64,000 bases of DNA from NCBI GenBank assembly GCA_965207375.1, contig OZ242274.1:1664001-1728000 (forward strand), in the 5' to 3' direction. This DNA comes from Nitrosopumilaceae archaeon. GTDB taxonomy: Archaea > Thermoproteota > Nitrososphaeria > Nitrososphaerales > Nitrosopumilaceae. The position numbers and the translations under genes are program-made. Within the stretch, counting starts at the first letter, position 1. Every line of letters begins with the position of its first letter. Below, piece after piece: positions 28,431 through 38,780 of this stretch. The notes beneath the pieces are model-generated. The model saw nothing but the letters and a program-made list of their open reading frames with translations. It did no database searches and had not been told where the DNA came from.

Positions 28431-29069
28431 ATGAAGCCGACAAAGATGAGAAACCAACAATTGTATCGCGCAACTTATGCTGCAAAAAGCGCGCAGGTAT
28501 CTAGTCCGTTATCAAATGATTTACAAAAAAAATATGGCAAAAAATCAATCAGGGTCAGAGAGGGAGATTCGGTCAGAGTGGTAAGAGGTGAGTACCGTGG
28601 AATTGATGGCAAAATTGCATCTGTTTTAACAGAGGCAGGCAAAGTAGCAATTGAGGGAGTCAAAAGAGAAAAGACACGAGGAGACAAGTTTGATGTACAT
28701 ATTCATGCCTCAAATATTGTAGTTACAGACATTAACGATAATGATAAATGGAGAATAAAAAAGACAGGGGATCAAAAATATACCACACACAAAGACCTTA
28801 CACAAACAGAAGAAAAACAACAGTACAAGCATTTTGAACGAGTGCCCTTTTCAAAAACAGAAAAAGAGGCACAAGTGTCAGATACAGAGTCAGAAAAGGT
28901 AGAAAAACCGCAAGTAATAGATGAGCCTACAGATATGGAAAAGTTGATGAAACAGAGGGCAGAAAATGTACAACAAGAGTTAGAAGGGTCAGAAGATATA
29001 CAAGATACAGCAGAGTCAGAAGATATACAAGATACAGCAGATACAAAAAAGTCAGAGGATGATACATAA
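28431..29069 (+). CDS. rpl24: 50S ribosomal protein L24 with long acidic C-terminal extension
   Basis: KOW motif [12 protein letters not shown] and IHASNIVV; 27-bp tandem duplication at 28988..29041. Confidence 0.93.
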   Translation: MKPTKMRNQQLYRATYAAKSAQVSSPLSNDLQKKYGKKSIRVREGDSVRVVRGEYRGIDGKIASVLTEAGKVAIEGVKREKTRGDKFDVHIHASNIVVTDINDNDKWRIKKTGDQKYTTHKDLTQTEEKQQYKHFERVPFSKTEKEAQVSDTESEKVEKPQVIDEPTDMEKLMKQRAENVQQELEGSEDIQDTAESEDIQDTADTKKSEDDT

Positions 29070-29785
29070 TGGTAAGCATATCAGGCAGTAAAAAACTCAA
29101 GCGTCAAATGGCACCACTATTTTGGGGAATTGCCAGAAAGGGGAAAAGATTTGTAATTACAGTAAGACCAGGCCCGCATCCAAAGCACCTGTCAATACCA
29201 AGTGCAGTATTTCTCAGAGATACCATCAAAATAGTAACAACGCTTAGAGAGGCAAAATCTGCAATCTATGCAGGAAAGGTAAAGGTGGACGGAGTTATCA
29301 GAAGGTCGCTTCATCACGGTATTGGCCTGATGGATGTAGTGGAATTGGAAAATGTAGATGACATATACAGACTAGTTCCAAGCCAGGGCGCCTTGTTGGC
29401 ACCGCTTAAAATTAACCCAGATGAAAAGACAAAAAAGATGTGCAAGGTGACATCAAAGACCTCCATTAAGGGTGGAAAAACACAGATTGGAATGCATGAT
29501 GGTAAGACAATAATTTCAGATACAGATGTCAAAGTGGGCGATACGTGTATTGTGCAGATTCCTGATCAAAAGATACTAGATATTATAAAACTCCAAACTG
29601 GGGTTCAGATTATAGTTACAAAGGGTACAAACGCAGGCAGAATAGGAACCGTAGAAAAGATCGAGGACGGTACATTTAATCTTCCAAAAAGGGCGCTAGT
29701 CTCATTGGGAGATAGAAAAATCGAGATTCAGACAGAAAACACAATGGCTGTAGGAAAAGACAAACCAGTAATTCAAATCAGGTGA
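29069..29785 (+). CDS. rps4e: 30S ribosomal protein S4e
   Basis: LKRQMAP..W, RPGPH and GLMDVV motifs. Confidence 0.96.
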   Translation: MVSISGSKKLKRQMAPLFWGIARKGKRFVITVRPGPHPKHLSIPSAVFLRDTIKIVTTLREAKSAIYAGKVKVDGVIRRSLHHGIGLMDVVELENVDDIYRLVPSQGALLAPLKINPDEKTKKMCKVTSKTSIKGGKTQIGMHDGKTIISDTDVKVGDTCIVQIPDQKILDIIKLQTGVQIIVTKGTNAGRIGTVEKIEDGTFNLPKRALVSLGDRKIEIQTENTMAVGKDKPVIQIR

Positions 29786-29791
29786 TAAAAT

Positions 29792-30310
29792 ATGTCTCAA
29801 GAAACACAAGTAATGAAAAAGATATTTTTGGAAAAAATAGTACTTAACATGGGATTAGGCAAGTCCGGAGACGTAATTGAGACCGGTAAAAAATGCCTCG
29901 AACAAATTACAGGTAAAAAACCAAATGCGCGCGAAGCCAAAGGGACACTACGAGACTGGGGAGTGCGAAAGGGAGAGCCAATAGGCGTTGCAGTAACAAT
30001 AAGAGGTCAGGATGCAGCAATACTACTCAAAAGACTCGTTGAGGCAAAGGGCGATACGCTAAACGGCAAAGTATTTGATAATTTTGGAAATTTTTCATTT
30101 GGAATAAAGGAACATATCGACATTGCAGGCGTAAAATATGATCCGCAGATTGGAATTTTGGGTTTGGAGGTAGCAGTTACGCTAGCACGGCCCGGATACA
30201 GCATAAGAAAGCGTAGTAAGCACAAGGCAAGAGTAGGTAAACATCATATAGTTACAAAAGATGATGCAAAGAATTACATGAAGACAGAGTTTGGAGTGAG
30301 TATAGTATAA
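29792..30310 (+). CDS. rpl5: 50S ribosomal protein L5
   Basis: GNFSFGIKEHIDI and YDPQIGILG motifs. Confidence 0.96.
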   Translation: MSQETQVMKKIFLEKIVLNMGLGKSGDVIETGKKCLEQITGKKPNAREAKGTLRDWGVRKGEPIGVAVTIRGQDAAILLKRLVEAKGDTLNGKVFDNFGNFSFGIKEHIDIAGVKYDPQIGILGLEVAVTLARPGYSIRKRSKHKARVGKHHIVTKDDAKNYMKTEFGVSIV

Positions 30311-30489
30311 TGGCAAAGGATAGATCATATGAAAAGACAGGAAGAAAAAAACACGACTTTGGACGCGGTTCTAGATGGTGTAAAAGATGTGGAGATTATA
30401 CGGCAGTTATTCAAAAATACGACCTCATGTTGTGTAGACGATGTTTCAGAGAGGTTGCAGTATCTTTGGGGTTTAGGAAAAATAGGTGA
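30310..30489 (+). CDS. rps14: 30S ribosomal protein S14 (zinc type), absent from the ORF track
   Basis: Hand translation: MAKDRSYEKTGRKKHDFGRGSRWCKRCGDYTAVIQKYDLMLCRRCFREVAVSLGFRKNR. Confidence 0.95.
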   Translation: MAKDRSYEKTGRKKHDFGRGSRWCKRCGDYTAVIQKYDLMLCRRCFREVAVSLGFRKNR

Positions 30490-30492
30490 TAT

Positions 30493-30888
30493 ATGATGCC
30501 AGCAACTAATGTTTTAGCAAATTTGTTTGTAACACTGTACAATAATGAGGCAAGACGAAAAGGCCAGTGTACGGTTCTGCCAACATCAAAACTCGGAGTA
30601 GAGGTTTTAAAGACGTTGCAAAAGGACGGATATATCGGCGAATTTGAGCACGTAGAGGACAACAGAGGAGGCAAATTCAAGATAAAACTGCTTGCAAAAA
30701 TCAACAAGTGTGGTGCAATCTCGCCAAGATTCAAGGTAAAAAACAACGAATATCCGGCATGGGAACAACAGTATCTGCCCGCATATGACAGGGGAATGCT
30801 ACTAGTTACCACAAATCAAGGAGTCATGTCACATCATGAGGCTGCAAAAAAGGGAATTGGGGGACTGTTAATAGGATATGTCTACTAA
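30493..30888 (+). CDS. rps8: 30S ribosomal protein S8
   Basis: INKCGAISPRF and TTNQGVMSH motifs. Confidence 0.96.
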   Translation: MMPATNVLANLFVTLYNNEARRKGQCTVLPTSKLGVEVLKTLQKDGYIGEFEHVEDNRGGKFKIKLLAKINKCGAISPRFKVKNNEYPAWEQQYLPAYDRGMLLVTTNQGVMSHHEAAKKGIGGLLIGYVY

Positions 30889-31435
30889 ACAGATAGAAAA
30901 ATTTCAAACACAGGTAGACATTCCAGACGGAGTAACTGTGGATTTTAAAAAACACATGCTAGAGGTTGCAGGACCCCTAGGCAAGACGTTTAAAAGCTTT
31001 AGAAAAATCCCAGTAAACATCAAAATAAGTGAAAAAACAATCGAGCTAAAGGCTACAGGATTAAGAAAGAGGGACTTTTCTATAATGAATACTGCAAGAT
31101 CAACTATAAGAAATCTCATCGAGGGAGTAGTTGAAGGATACACGATTAAAATGAAGGTGGTGTTTGCACACTTTCCAATTACGGTAAAGGCACAAAATGA
31201 CAAAGTCATTATTGAAAACTTTCAAGGTGAAAGGTCTGCAAGAGTTGCAAAAATCAGCGGCAAGACAAAGGTTACAGCAAAAGGCGATGACGTCATAATA
31301 ACAGGGCATGTAAAGACAGATGTTACGCAGACAGCAGCAAACATTGCCCTAAAAACTAGGGTAAAAGACAAGGATCACAGGGTTTTTCTAGACGGCATAT
31401 ACGTCCATATAGAATCAAAGGGCATTGAAAAATAA
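30878..31435 (+). CDS. rpl6: 50S ribosomal protein L6
   Basis: AHFPI, NFQGER and KDHRVFLDGIY motifs. Confidence 0.96.
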   Translation: MSTKQIEKFQTQVDIPDGVTVDFKKHMLEVAGPLGKTFKSFRKIPVNIKISEKTIELKATGLRKRDFSIMNTARSTIRNLIEGVVEGYTIKMKVVFAHFPITVKAQNDKVIIENFQGERSARVAKISGKTKVTAKGDDVIITGHVKTDVTQTAANIALKTRVKDKDHRVFLDGIYVHIESKGIEK

Positions 31436-31445
31436 TGAAGATTCA

Positions 31446-31733
31446 ATGACACTAGACGCCGAATTCAAAGAACAGACAACAAAACTAATCGTTCAGACAC
31501 TGAATCTATACAAGAGTGCAGGTGCCTCTCCAAGAGTAAATGACGTGTGGGGTTGCAAAAATACTGGTGATTTTCTTTGCGGGTTTTTTGTTGGAGAAAT
31601 GGTAGGCTCGGCACTTAGTGCATTTCAGATTTTTCACAAAAGAGAGCCCACCGCAGATGAGCACATGGAGATAGTTGAAATTGTCGAGGTGCATTCCAAA
31701 GAGATTCAAGAGTTTTTTTCAAAATTCAACTAG
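31446..31733 (+). CDS. Hypothetical protein
   Basis: ORF continuing the operon (GDFLCGFFVGEMVGSALSAF). Confidence 0.7.
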   Translation: MTLDAEFKEQTTKLIVQTLNLYKSAGASPRVNDVWGCKNTGDFLCGFFVGEMVGSALSAFQIFHKREPTADEHMEIVEIVEVHSKEIQEFFSKFN

Positions 31734-31787
31734 ATTCTGTAGGTTTTCGCAAGGGTTAAATCGCATTCTCTAAAACACAAAATCGGT

Positions 31788-31861
31788 GCCGCCCTAGCTC
31801 AGCACGGTAGAGCGTCGGACTGTTAATCCGTTGGTCGCCAGTTCAAGTCTGGTGGGCGGCG
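31788..31861 (+). tRNA. tRNA-Asn(GTT)
   Basis: Cloverleaf GCCGCCC/GGGCGGC; loop CT-GTT-AA. Confidence 0.95.
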
Positions 31862-31871
31862 CCTTTTGAAA

Positions 31872-32516
31872 TTATATAAGTGTCTGAAGCAATATGGAGA
31901 TTATGCCCATAGGTATTGTGACTACATATGTGGCAAGAATCAATAGTAAAGAAACTGCCACTGATCTTTTGATTCCAAATCCTGTAACGATTTTGATTGC
32001 CTTGGCATACAACACTATCATCCAAGTTACAAAAAACAGTGTAAAGCCGTTTAAGACAAGTGTTGTAACAGAGCCTCCAGCAAAATCTATGGCATAGCTT
32101 GGCCCAGGATCAGAATCTGCATCAGATAAGGCAAGTCCTGCCTCAGGGTACAATGCAGATTCAATTAGATAAATTCCTACATAAAATGTAGCTGATATGG
32201 CAGTAATGATAAAGAGGCAGTAAGATAAAACCAAAAACATTTTTTTAAAATCAGAGCTGCTGCCAAGCCTTTTACATGTCCAAAAAATTACTATAATCGT
32301 AAACAGATTAACCAAGACGGTTTGTGCCATCATCAATATTGCTGACATGTCAAGTTTCTGTATTGAATTTGTGTTAATGGCAAGTGAGACAAATATGCCC
32401 AGTATGCAAGAAACTACAAACAGAATTACAGATGACACAAAGTAGCGATTCACATTTTCAGATAAGGTTCTAAAAGAATTGGTGGGACGTATTATTACCC
32501 ACAATATAACATGCAA
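31872..32516 (-). CDS. Yip1-like membrane protein
   Basis: IIRPTNSFRTL N-terminus, five TM helices, AIKIVTGF. Confidence 0.7.
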   Translation of the reverse strand: MHVILWVIIRPTNSFRTLSENVNRYFVSSVILFVVSCILGIFVSLAINTNSIQKLDMSAILMMAQTVLVNLFTIIVIFWTCKRLGSSSDFKKMFLVLSYCLFIITAISATFYVGIYLIESALYPEAGLALSDADSDPGPSYAIDFAGGSVTTLVLNGFTLFFVTWMIVLYAKAIKIVTGFGIKRSVAVSLLLILATYVVTIPMGIISILLQTLI

Positions 32517-32602
32517 TGTACAGATGAGAAATTTTAATGTTTAATATGATTTTTTGTCAAAGAGATATCAGATTCCTCAGGATTGATTTATAACATGTTT
32601 TA

Positions 32603-32806
32603 ATGTACTTGTATTTGTTGAATGTATCTACAATACTGCCCGTACTAGTGGCCCTAGGTGCAATAGGAGTTGCACTTGTAAGTATAGGACTCATGCTAAA
32701 TGACGATATTATTTGGCTGATTGCAGATACGTACAGTATTGTAGCATTTGCATGCATAGCAATACTAGCCATAATTATCAGACAGACCCTCACCAAACAA
32801 AACTAG
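32603..32806 (+). CDS. Small two-TM hypothetical protein
   Basis: Hydrophobic 67-aa ORF. Confidence 0.4.
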   Translation: MYLYLLNVSTILPVLVALGAIGVALVSIGLMLNDDIIWLIADTYSIVAFACIAILAIIIRQTLTKQN

Positions 32807-33007
32807 ATCATTTGCACACAAGGTTCTGTTGGATTATAGAGATGTTTTTTTGACATGTATCTATTTTTTTGTATTTTCACGCCTCAAATAGTCGATCTGT
32901 ATCTGCAGTTAAGTAAAACACGACTCAAATTATTAACTTGCTCTTTTCTCGTTGCATTTTAGGGTAGATTTTGACCTATTTTGCACACATTTCGTTTAGC
33001 TGTAATT

Positions 33008-33244
33008 TTATGTTATGACCCCATTTTTGTAATCTTCAATAAATTCTTCCCTAATTATGTTGACATCTGCCAGTATGGAATGTTGAATGCCTATGCCCAG
33101 TCTCTTATTTCCTGTAGGTACAGTTGTAAAGATAGATTCATTTCTGAGTGTTAGATGACTTCCTTTTCGTCGAGTTATGACAAATTCTTTTCTTTGTAGA
33201 TATCGTATCATTTGATTGCCTGATATTCTTGGAAACTTTTGCAT
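33008..33244 (-). CDS. hicA: HicA-family mRNA interferase toxin
   Basis: F..TRRKGSH.TL and TTVP motifs; coupled to HicB. Confidence 0.85.
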   Translation of the reverse strand: MQKFPRISGNQMIRYLQRKEFVITRRKGSHLTLRNESIFTTVPTGNKRLGIGIQHSILADVNIIREEFIEDYKNGVIT

Positions 33245-33456
33245 CACTGTTCGATTATAAGCAAATTGAAGTCTGTTGTATTTCCGCTCTCTTCTGCTGC
33301 AAGCTCTACTGCCTCTTTCATATTCTCTACAATTTCTCCAAACGTGTCTCCCTGTGAGTTTGCATGTAGTTCATCACATCTGCCAGTAAATCCACCATCT
33401 TCAAGATCCTTGGTTATTACAATTGCATAAGCTTTTTTCTGTATGGTTGTACTCAT
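33244..33456 (-). CDS. hicB: HicB-family antitoxin
   Basis: EDGGFTGRCDEL.ANSQGDT..E..ENMKEAVEL; start MSTTIQ at 33456. Confidence 0.85.
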   Translation of the reverse strand: MSTTIQKKAYAIVITKDLEDGGFTGRCDELHANSQGDTFGEIVENMKEAVELAAEESGNTTDFNLLIIEQ

Positions 33457-33519
33457 AGTATCAATAGCCTCAAAAGTGTTAAAAATCTTGCTAATAGCAT
33501 TCGTACTTTTATGGCTAAA

Positions 33520-33640
33520 AATACAACCATCAAAATGTTCAGAGTATGGCTCGAAAGATCTTAAAATTAACAAAACACAGATACGTGACATTACAGAGGT
33601 ACCACAACAAGTACAACCTGAAACAACACATCATCATGAG
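33520..33640 (+). pseudogene. IS66 transposase internal fragment
   Basis: SKCSEYGSKDLKINKTQIRDITEVPQQVQPETT matches AKCPECGSKDLKIIKTQIRDITEVPPQVQPETT in 39563..40951. Confidence 0.85.
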
Positions 33641-33827
33641 AGGCGATCTGTAATTATTTTTTTATGCGTGCCTACTGCCATCTAGATGTCCTATTTCAGT
33701 CAGGCCATCTGATCCAATTGGTTCCATGCGTTTGATTGGTTTCATGTTTTGCTGTATGCAGGACTGATCTCTTAATGTATGGAACAAATTTTTTTGATCT
33801 TGTGCATAAAAATAATGCTTTAGTTAT

Positions 33828-33951
33828 ACTATTTGGATCTGAAAGATCAAACTTTGTCTGTTGTGTGATCAAATTGATTTCTCCCAGATGGAATCTGGCC
33901 TGAAAATTGCAAATTTTGAAAATTTCTAGGCAGGATTATAACACAAACTAA
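33828..33951 (-). mobile_element. Terminal remnant of the IS5-family element
   Basis: Aligns with 17091..17214, including the TIR. Confidence 0.8.
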
Positions 33952-34021
33952 ATTGTACAGAATTCTTAAAACCGAGAGACGAGATATCAAAATGCAACAG
34001 AAACTTTTCTAAATGAAAACA

Positions 34022-34777
34022 TTACACACTGTGGGGTTTATCATATTGACGTATTGCCTCTTGCAATGTATCCTTTGAGACAAGACCGTTTGAGTAAATA
34101 TTTTTGTAAAGTTGAGGATAGATAAACTCGCGCTCAGAGTATTGTAATATTTTTTCATAAGCGCCTTCAAAATAATGAGGTATCTCACCTGACCCTTGCG
34201 TATTTTTTGTTGAAAAACCATATGCAAGAGCTAACACATCATGTTTTAGTCCCTTTGTTTGAAAGTCGTTTAGCGGCAGGTGTAGCTGCAAAAAATCAAT
34301 TACCTCTGGTTTGTTTATGATGCGCTGATACAACCATTTTTCTTGGGCTATTTCATGGTGTACCATGCGCTGATACAAAAAGAACAGATCAAAGCCTAAG
34401 ATGTTGTGTCCCACTATCCTAAGGTGGTCAGGTCCATGACTGCGATGTAATCGAGATATGGTATCATAAAACGATTCAAGTATTGCACGCTCTCCTGAAT
34501 CCCATTCCTTTAGGCGAAATGTGTGTCCGTTGGCAATCTTGTATGTAATTAAAATCACCTTGCCTTCAAACGGTGTGAGACCGCCCTGCTGAAAGCGCCA
34601 AAATAGATGCCGGTCCTCAGAGTCTCGGTCAAGATCTCCTGAATCAATTCTGCTTTTTATCTCAAAGTATTGTTTAGAATCAAGGTCAGGTGCAGTCTCT
34701 ATATCAAGAAATAACTCTGTCACAGATTCACATGATGTATTAAAGTAGAAAATCTTTGCTACGATATAATGATACAT
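34022..34777 (-). CDS. PolB-type 3'-5' exonuclease-like (RNase H fold) protein
   Basis: LFLDIET (ExoI) and VGHNILGFDL (ExoII) motifs; the true start may be downstream. Confidence 0.7.
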   Translation of the reverse strand: MYHYIVAKIFYFNTSCESVTELFLDIETAPDLDSKQYFEIKSRIDSGDLDRDSEDRHLFWRFQQGGLTPFEGKVILITYKIANGHTFRLKEWDSGERAILESFYDTISRLHRSHGPDHLRIVGHNILGFDLFFLYQRMVHHEIAQEKWLYQRIINKPEVIDFLQLHLPLNDFQTKGLKHDVLALAYGFSTKNTQGSGEIPHYFEGAYEKILQYSEREFIYPQLYKNIYSNGLVSKDTLQEAIRQYDKPHSV

Positions 34778-34836
34778 TTATGCCAATACATATCCAAAAA
34801 CAAAACAAAGATTAGACCAAATATAGGATGGTCGAT

Positions 34837-34910
34837 GGGATCGTGGTCTAGCTTGGTATGATTCTACATTCGGGGTGTAGAGGTCGCGCATTCAAATTGC
34901 GCCGATCCCA
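34837..34910 (+). tRNA. tRNA-Pro(CGG)
   Basis: GGGATCG/CGATCCC; loop TT-CGG-GG. Confidence 0.93.
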
Positions 34911-35032
34911 TCAAAATTTACAGGCACATAGCCCAAAAAAAGATCTAATATACAACAGTAATTGGTGTAGATAATTAGACAGAATCGATCTAATAACTGA
35001 TCGCATATACAATATAATGCAGGAGGTCTACA

Positions 35033-35293
35033 TTGGCTAGAACCAGAAGAGCCAACCGCTATTGTGTTGATTGCGGTGCCAGGCTAGTATACTATCCAAG
35101 ACTCTCAAATCCAAAGGCTCCAAACGAGCACAGGGTGCTCGTATATGCGTGTCCTGACTGTACAGATGACTTTGAAAAGCCAAAGATGTTTTCAATAAAG
35201 CGAAACCAGGTAAGTGAGCCCCTAGAAACAGTAGAGATTGAAATTACCCAGATGCGCAACAATATTGCCAAAAAAAATTCCAGTCTACAATGA
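35033..35293 (+). CDS. Small zinc-ribbon protein
   Basis: CVDC...CPDC; GGAGG RBS before the TTG start. Confidence 0.75.
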   Translation: MARTRRANRYCVDCGARLVYYPRLSNPKAPNEHRVLVYACPDCTDDFEKPKMFSIKRNQVSEPLETVEIEITQMRNNIAKKNSSLQ

Positions 35294-35805
35294 CATATAG
35301 CAAAAGCAGTAAATAATCTCACAAGATGTAAAATGAAATCTTGTCAACACGTGCCAATTAGTAAGATTTGTGTTTTTGCTATACGCTAGTTTCATGATAC
35401 ATTGCACCGTGTAAATTTATGCACATTACAAAATGTAACCTAGAGTATACCAATCAAGAAAATTAGAGAACACAAGACATCTATTCTGCAGAATATAGTT
35501 TTGCAGACAAACACAAAATTGAAAATCTCATTCTTTGCTAGTTTAGACGTTTGCAAAAAGATCATTCAAATTTACAAGAGCGGTAAATTGTTTCAAATTC
35601 CACAAACACTAGGTTTAATCATTGAAGCAATCATGGGTAGATATCATAACTTGTAGGTTACATGACCAAATCAAATGTAAATTTTGACACCTATCAAAGA
35701 GATAACTTTTGCCTAAAATTAAAAAACATCAACATAAAACAAGAAAAACCCAACAAACCTTTGTGCAAAAATGCACATCATCATAAAACCGTCGAAAACA
35801 AAACA

Positions 35806-36177
35806 CTAGGAAATCTGCTTTTCTATTTCGGTGATCTTTTCCATAAGCTTGTCAACATCTATGGGTTTTGGAAGAAAAGAGTGTATTGCCTCATCTGGTA
35901 TACCTTCAATTGAATTTCCAGCATTAGCAGATGCAGAAAAGATGACTATAATCTGCTTTTTTAAGAGATTCTTTGAGATGAGCTCCTGTATCACATCTAT
36001 TCCAGAAAAGTCCGGCATTGACAGATCCAAAATCACCAAATCGTACTTGTTTTTGCTTATCATCTCCACGCCCTTTCTACCCCCATCTACAGAGTCAAAT
36101 TCGTGACCCATGGAGGTAATAATTACCTCTACAAACTTTCTAATGTCTTCAGTGTCATCAATCTGTAAAATCTTCAT
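35806..36177 (-). CDS. Single-domain response regulator
   Basis: IDD, DLVILDLSMPDFSG and KP motifs. Confidence 0.92.
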   Translation of the reverse strand: MKILQIDDTEDIRKFVEVIITSMGHEFDSVDGGRKGVEMISKNKYDLVILDLSMPDFSGIDVIQELISKNLLKKQIIVIFSASANAGNSIEGIPDEAIHSFLPKPIDVDKLMEKITEIEKQIS

Positions 36178-37678
36178 TGTGACTATTGTCCATAGGTAGT
36201 ATAAAATAAAATTTGCTTCCCTTGCCTTCTGTACTTTCTACACCTATCTCCCCTCCGAGATTGTCAAGTATTCCCTTACATATGGCCAATCCTAGCCCCG
36301 TCCCTCCATGCTGCCTAACATGCGAGGTATCTGCCTGATAGAATTTTGTAAACAGTTTCTGCTGCTTTTGTGGAGAAATTCCTATACCATTATCTATCAC
36401 AGAAAAGGTCACTTTTTGGCCCGTATTCTCAGCAGATACAATAATCTTGCCTGAATCCTTTGGTACAAAGTCTATTGCATTGTATATCAGATTGGTGATT
36501 ACCTGTACAAGCCGGTCCTTGTCGCTGACTATATTGATCTCCTTGTTGTCTTTTGTCCCACACTGTATCGTAATGCCTTTTTCTTTTGATGTAATTTGAA
36601 ATGATTTGTCAATGTTTTCTAATAGATCGTTTACAGATATCTCCCCTAGTTCAAATCTCATCTTTTCTAATTCTAGTTTGTGCGCATCAAGCATGTCAAC
36701 TATTAATTTTCTTAACCTGTGGGCGTTTGAGAGAATTGTGTTTACCGCATCACTTTGTTTGTCATTTAAATCACCTAAAAGATTTGGTCTTACTAGGGCC
36801 TGTGCAAATCCAATAATTGGTGTAAGGGGAGACTTTAACTCGTGTGTCACTACGGAAAGAAACTCTTCTTTCATCCTGTCAATCTTTTCGTATTCGTCAA
36901 GCATGTCTTTTGTATCGTGTAGTTCAGTAGAGTCATGTATTACCACGTTTCTTCCAATCAGATTACCATAATCATCATAGATGTTTGTAGGTGAAAATAT
37001 CACAGGAAAATCAGTTCCGTCCTTGCGCCTCATCCAGATCTCAGATGTTTTGTTTTTGCCGGTACTTCTCCACTCTGCCATGTGCCTACTCAATGTTTCT
37101 TTGCTCTTATCAGATGTGTGGTCCAACAGGTTTCTTCCCAGTACCTCATCTTTGCTGTCGTATCCTAGTGTTTTCAAATATGTTTTGTTGCAGTCTATGA
37201 TTGTGCCGTTATAGTTTACTGTCCGGTATAGATCAGGCGAGTTTTCGTACAGACTCTCATACTTTCTGATTTTGACCAAATCCTGAAGCTTTTTCATCTC
37301 TTGTGTACTCATCAAGATTGTAGCCATTGCAGTTATGTTGCCTGCATCATCGGTATGGTTTGAAACAGACATTATCATGTCTGTGACCCTGCCATTTTTG
37401 GAGAGGATTTGAGTTGTAGTCATTGTTGGTTTCTTTGTCTGTCTCCACTCTTCGAATTCCTTGCGCATCTTTGCCCTAGCAGCAGGCGAGGTATGCTCAT
37501 CAAAGTGAACTCCAGTTGCCTGCTCAATTGTGCAGTTTATTTTTTTGGCATATGCCTTGTTGCATTTTATGATTATTCCCTGTGTATCCACTAGTCGAAA
37601 AAATTTGGGAAGCGTTTTTTTGATTTTTGGATGGTGTAGATGATCCTCTGCTTCATGCATGTCTTTTGCTTCGTTCAA
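36158..37678 (-). CDS. PAS-PAS sensor histidine kinase
   Basis: Two PAS/PAC domains; THELKSPL H-box; DNGIG and GGTGLGL ATPase boxes. Confidence 0.93.
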   Translation of the reverse strand: MNEAKDMHEAEDHLHHPKIKKTLPKFFRLVDTQGIIIKCNKAYAKKINCTIEQATGVHFDEHTSPAARAKMRKEFEEWRQTKKPTMTTTQILSKNGRVTDMIMSVSNHTDDAGNITAMATILMSTQEMKKLQDLVKIRKYESLYENSPDLYRTVNYNGTIIDCNKTYLKTLGYDSKDEVLGRNLLDHTSDKSKETLSRHMAEWRSTGKNKTSEIWMRRKDGTDFPVIFSPTNIYDDYGNLIGRNVVIHDSTELHDTKDMLDEYEKIDRMKEEFLSVVTHELKSPLTPIIGFAQALVRPNLLGDLNDKQSDAVNTILSNAHRLRKLIVDMLDAHKLELEKMRFELGEISVNDLLENIDKSFQITSKEKGITIQCGTKDNKEINIVSDKDRLVQVITNLIYNAIDFVPKDSGKIIVSAENTGQKVTFSVIDNGIGISPQKQQKLFTKFYQADTSHVRQHGGTGLGLAICKGILDNLGGEIGVESTEGKGSKFYFILPMDNSHNEDFTD

Positions 37679-38289
37679 CTATACACTCACCTGTCCTGCA
37701 CAAGGTGCTGCCAATATAGATCTTATTTTAAGGCGGGATACAAACATCAATCGATATTTTTTATTTGCATATTTAGACTTTGATTGTTTACAACAGTACA
37801 AGTTTAGATTCTCCAATTGCAACAGGCATAAAAGGAATAATCGATTTATTGAATTAGGCAGGAATTTGAGCGGGATCTAAAGTTGTACTTGACACGCACA
37901 CAAAATAAAATATTTGTCTGGATCTGGCAGTTTTGATTGTGCTCGAGTCACCCATATCTAGGATCGGGAGGCACCCATACTATACTTGCGACATGATGTA
38001 TCATGTACAATCACTTGTAAATTTCTGGACCGCACCGATATTCTGTCATGATTTTGCGTTTTACCTGTGACTGAAATCTAATAGTCAGGCCTATAATCAA
38101 AAAGCGTTCCATTCTTTTTTACGATTACTAGGCGTAAAACCATACAAAAATGGTGTTTGTTCACAGGTATAATCTTTCAATCAAATGTCATCATTTAGAA
38201 TGAAAATTGTTTTCAATGTTTGGATTTTGCAAATATTTTCTGTAACTAGTATCAGAAAACACAAGAAATTGTTTTGAACATGATTTTAT

Positions 38290-38625
38290 CTAGACATGGA
38301 TCATTTTTGTGTTTCTGTTTTCTGCAATGTCCCATGCCAACCTTTCAATGGATTTGCCCCGTGAGGATTTTGAGTTGAATCTATACATTTTGGAACGGCC
38401 TACCGTACGGGTCAATATAAACACATTTTGCTCTTTTAGTTGGTGAATTGATTCCAAAGTTGTCTTGAATCCCATCTTAGATATTCTTGAAATATCTGAA
38501 ATAGAATAATCAAAATCCTTCATGACTAACATATGATCAAGTATCTTTGACTGTGAACATGGAAAGACACTCTGAAGTGCCCCGATATTCTTTTCTTTCA
38601 TATCTTTTATTGTGTATAATATCAT
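38290..38625 (-). CDS. Winged-helix DNA-binding protein
   Basis: DYSISDISRISKMGFKT and TRTVGRSKMYRFN motifs. Confidence 0.7.
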   Translation of the reverse strand: MILYTIKDMKEKNIGALQSVFPCSQSKILDHMLVMKDFDYSISDISRISKMGFKTTLESIHQLKEQNVFILTRTVGRSKMYRFNSKSSRGKSIERLAWDIAENRNTKMIHV

Positions 38626-38780
38626 ATAATATTTTAAATTCTACAGGACCACATATGTAAAACAACAAAATCACAAATTTTACCAGATGGTTTAGGTATA
38701 TTTTGTAGTGTTACTCAGAGTGGCTGTCTCTATAAATTGGTGCAGTCAATCTAAAATCAAACATAGGATCGATGTTTTGT

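Noticed and set aside
33457-33591. N-terminal extension of the HicB ORF in the track
   Set aside because: It derives partly from the antisense of an IS66 fragment; the HicB domain starts at 33456.
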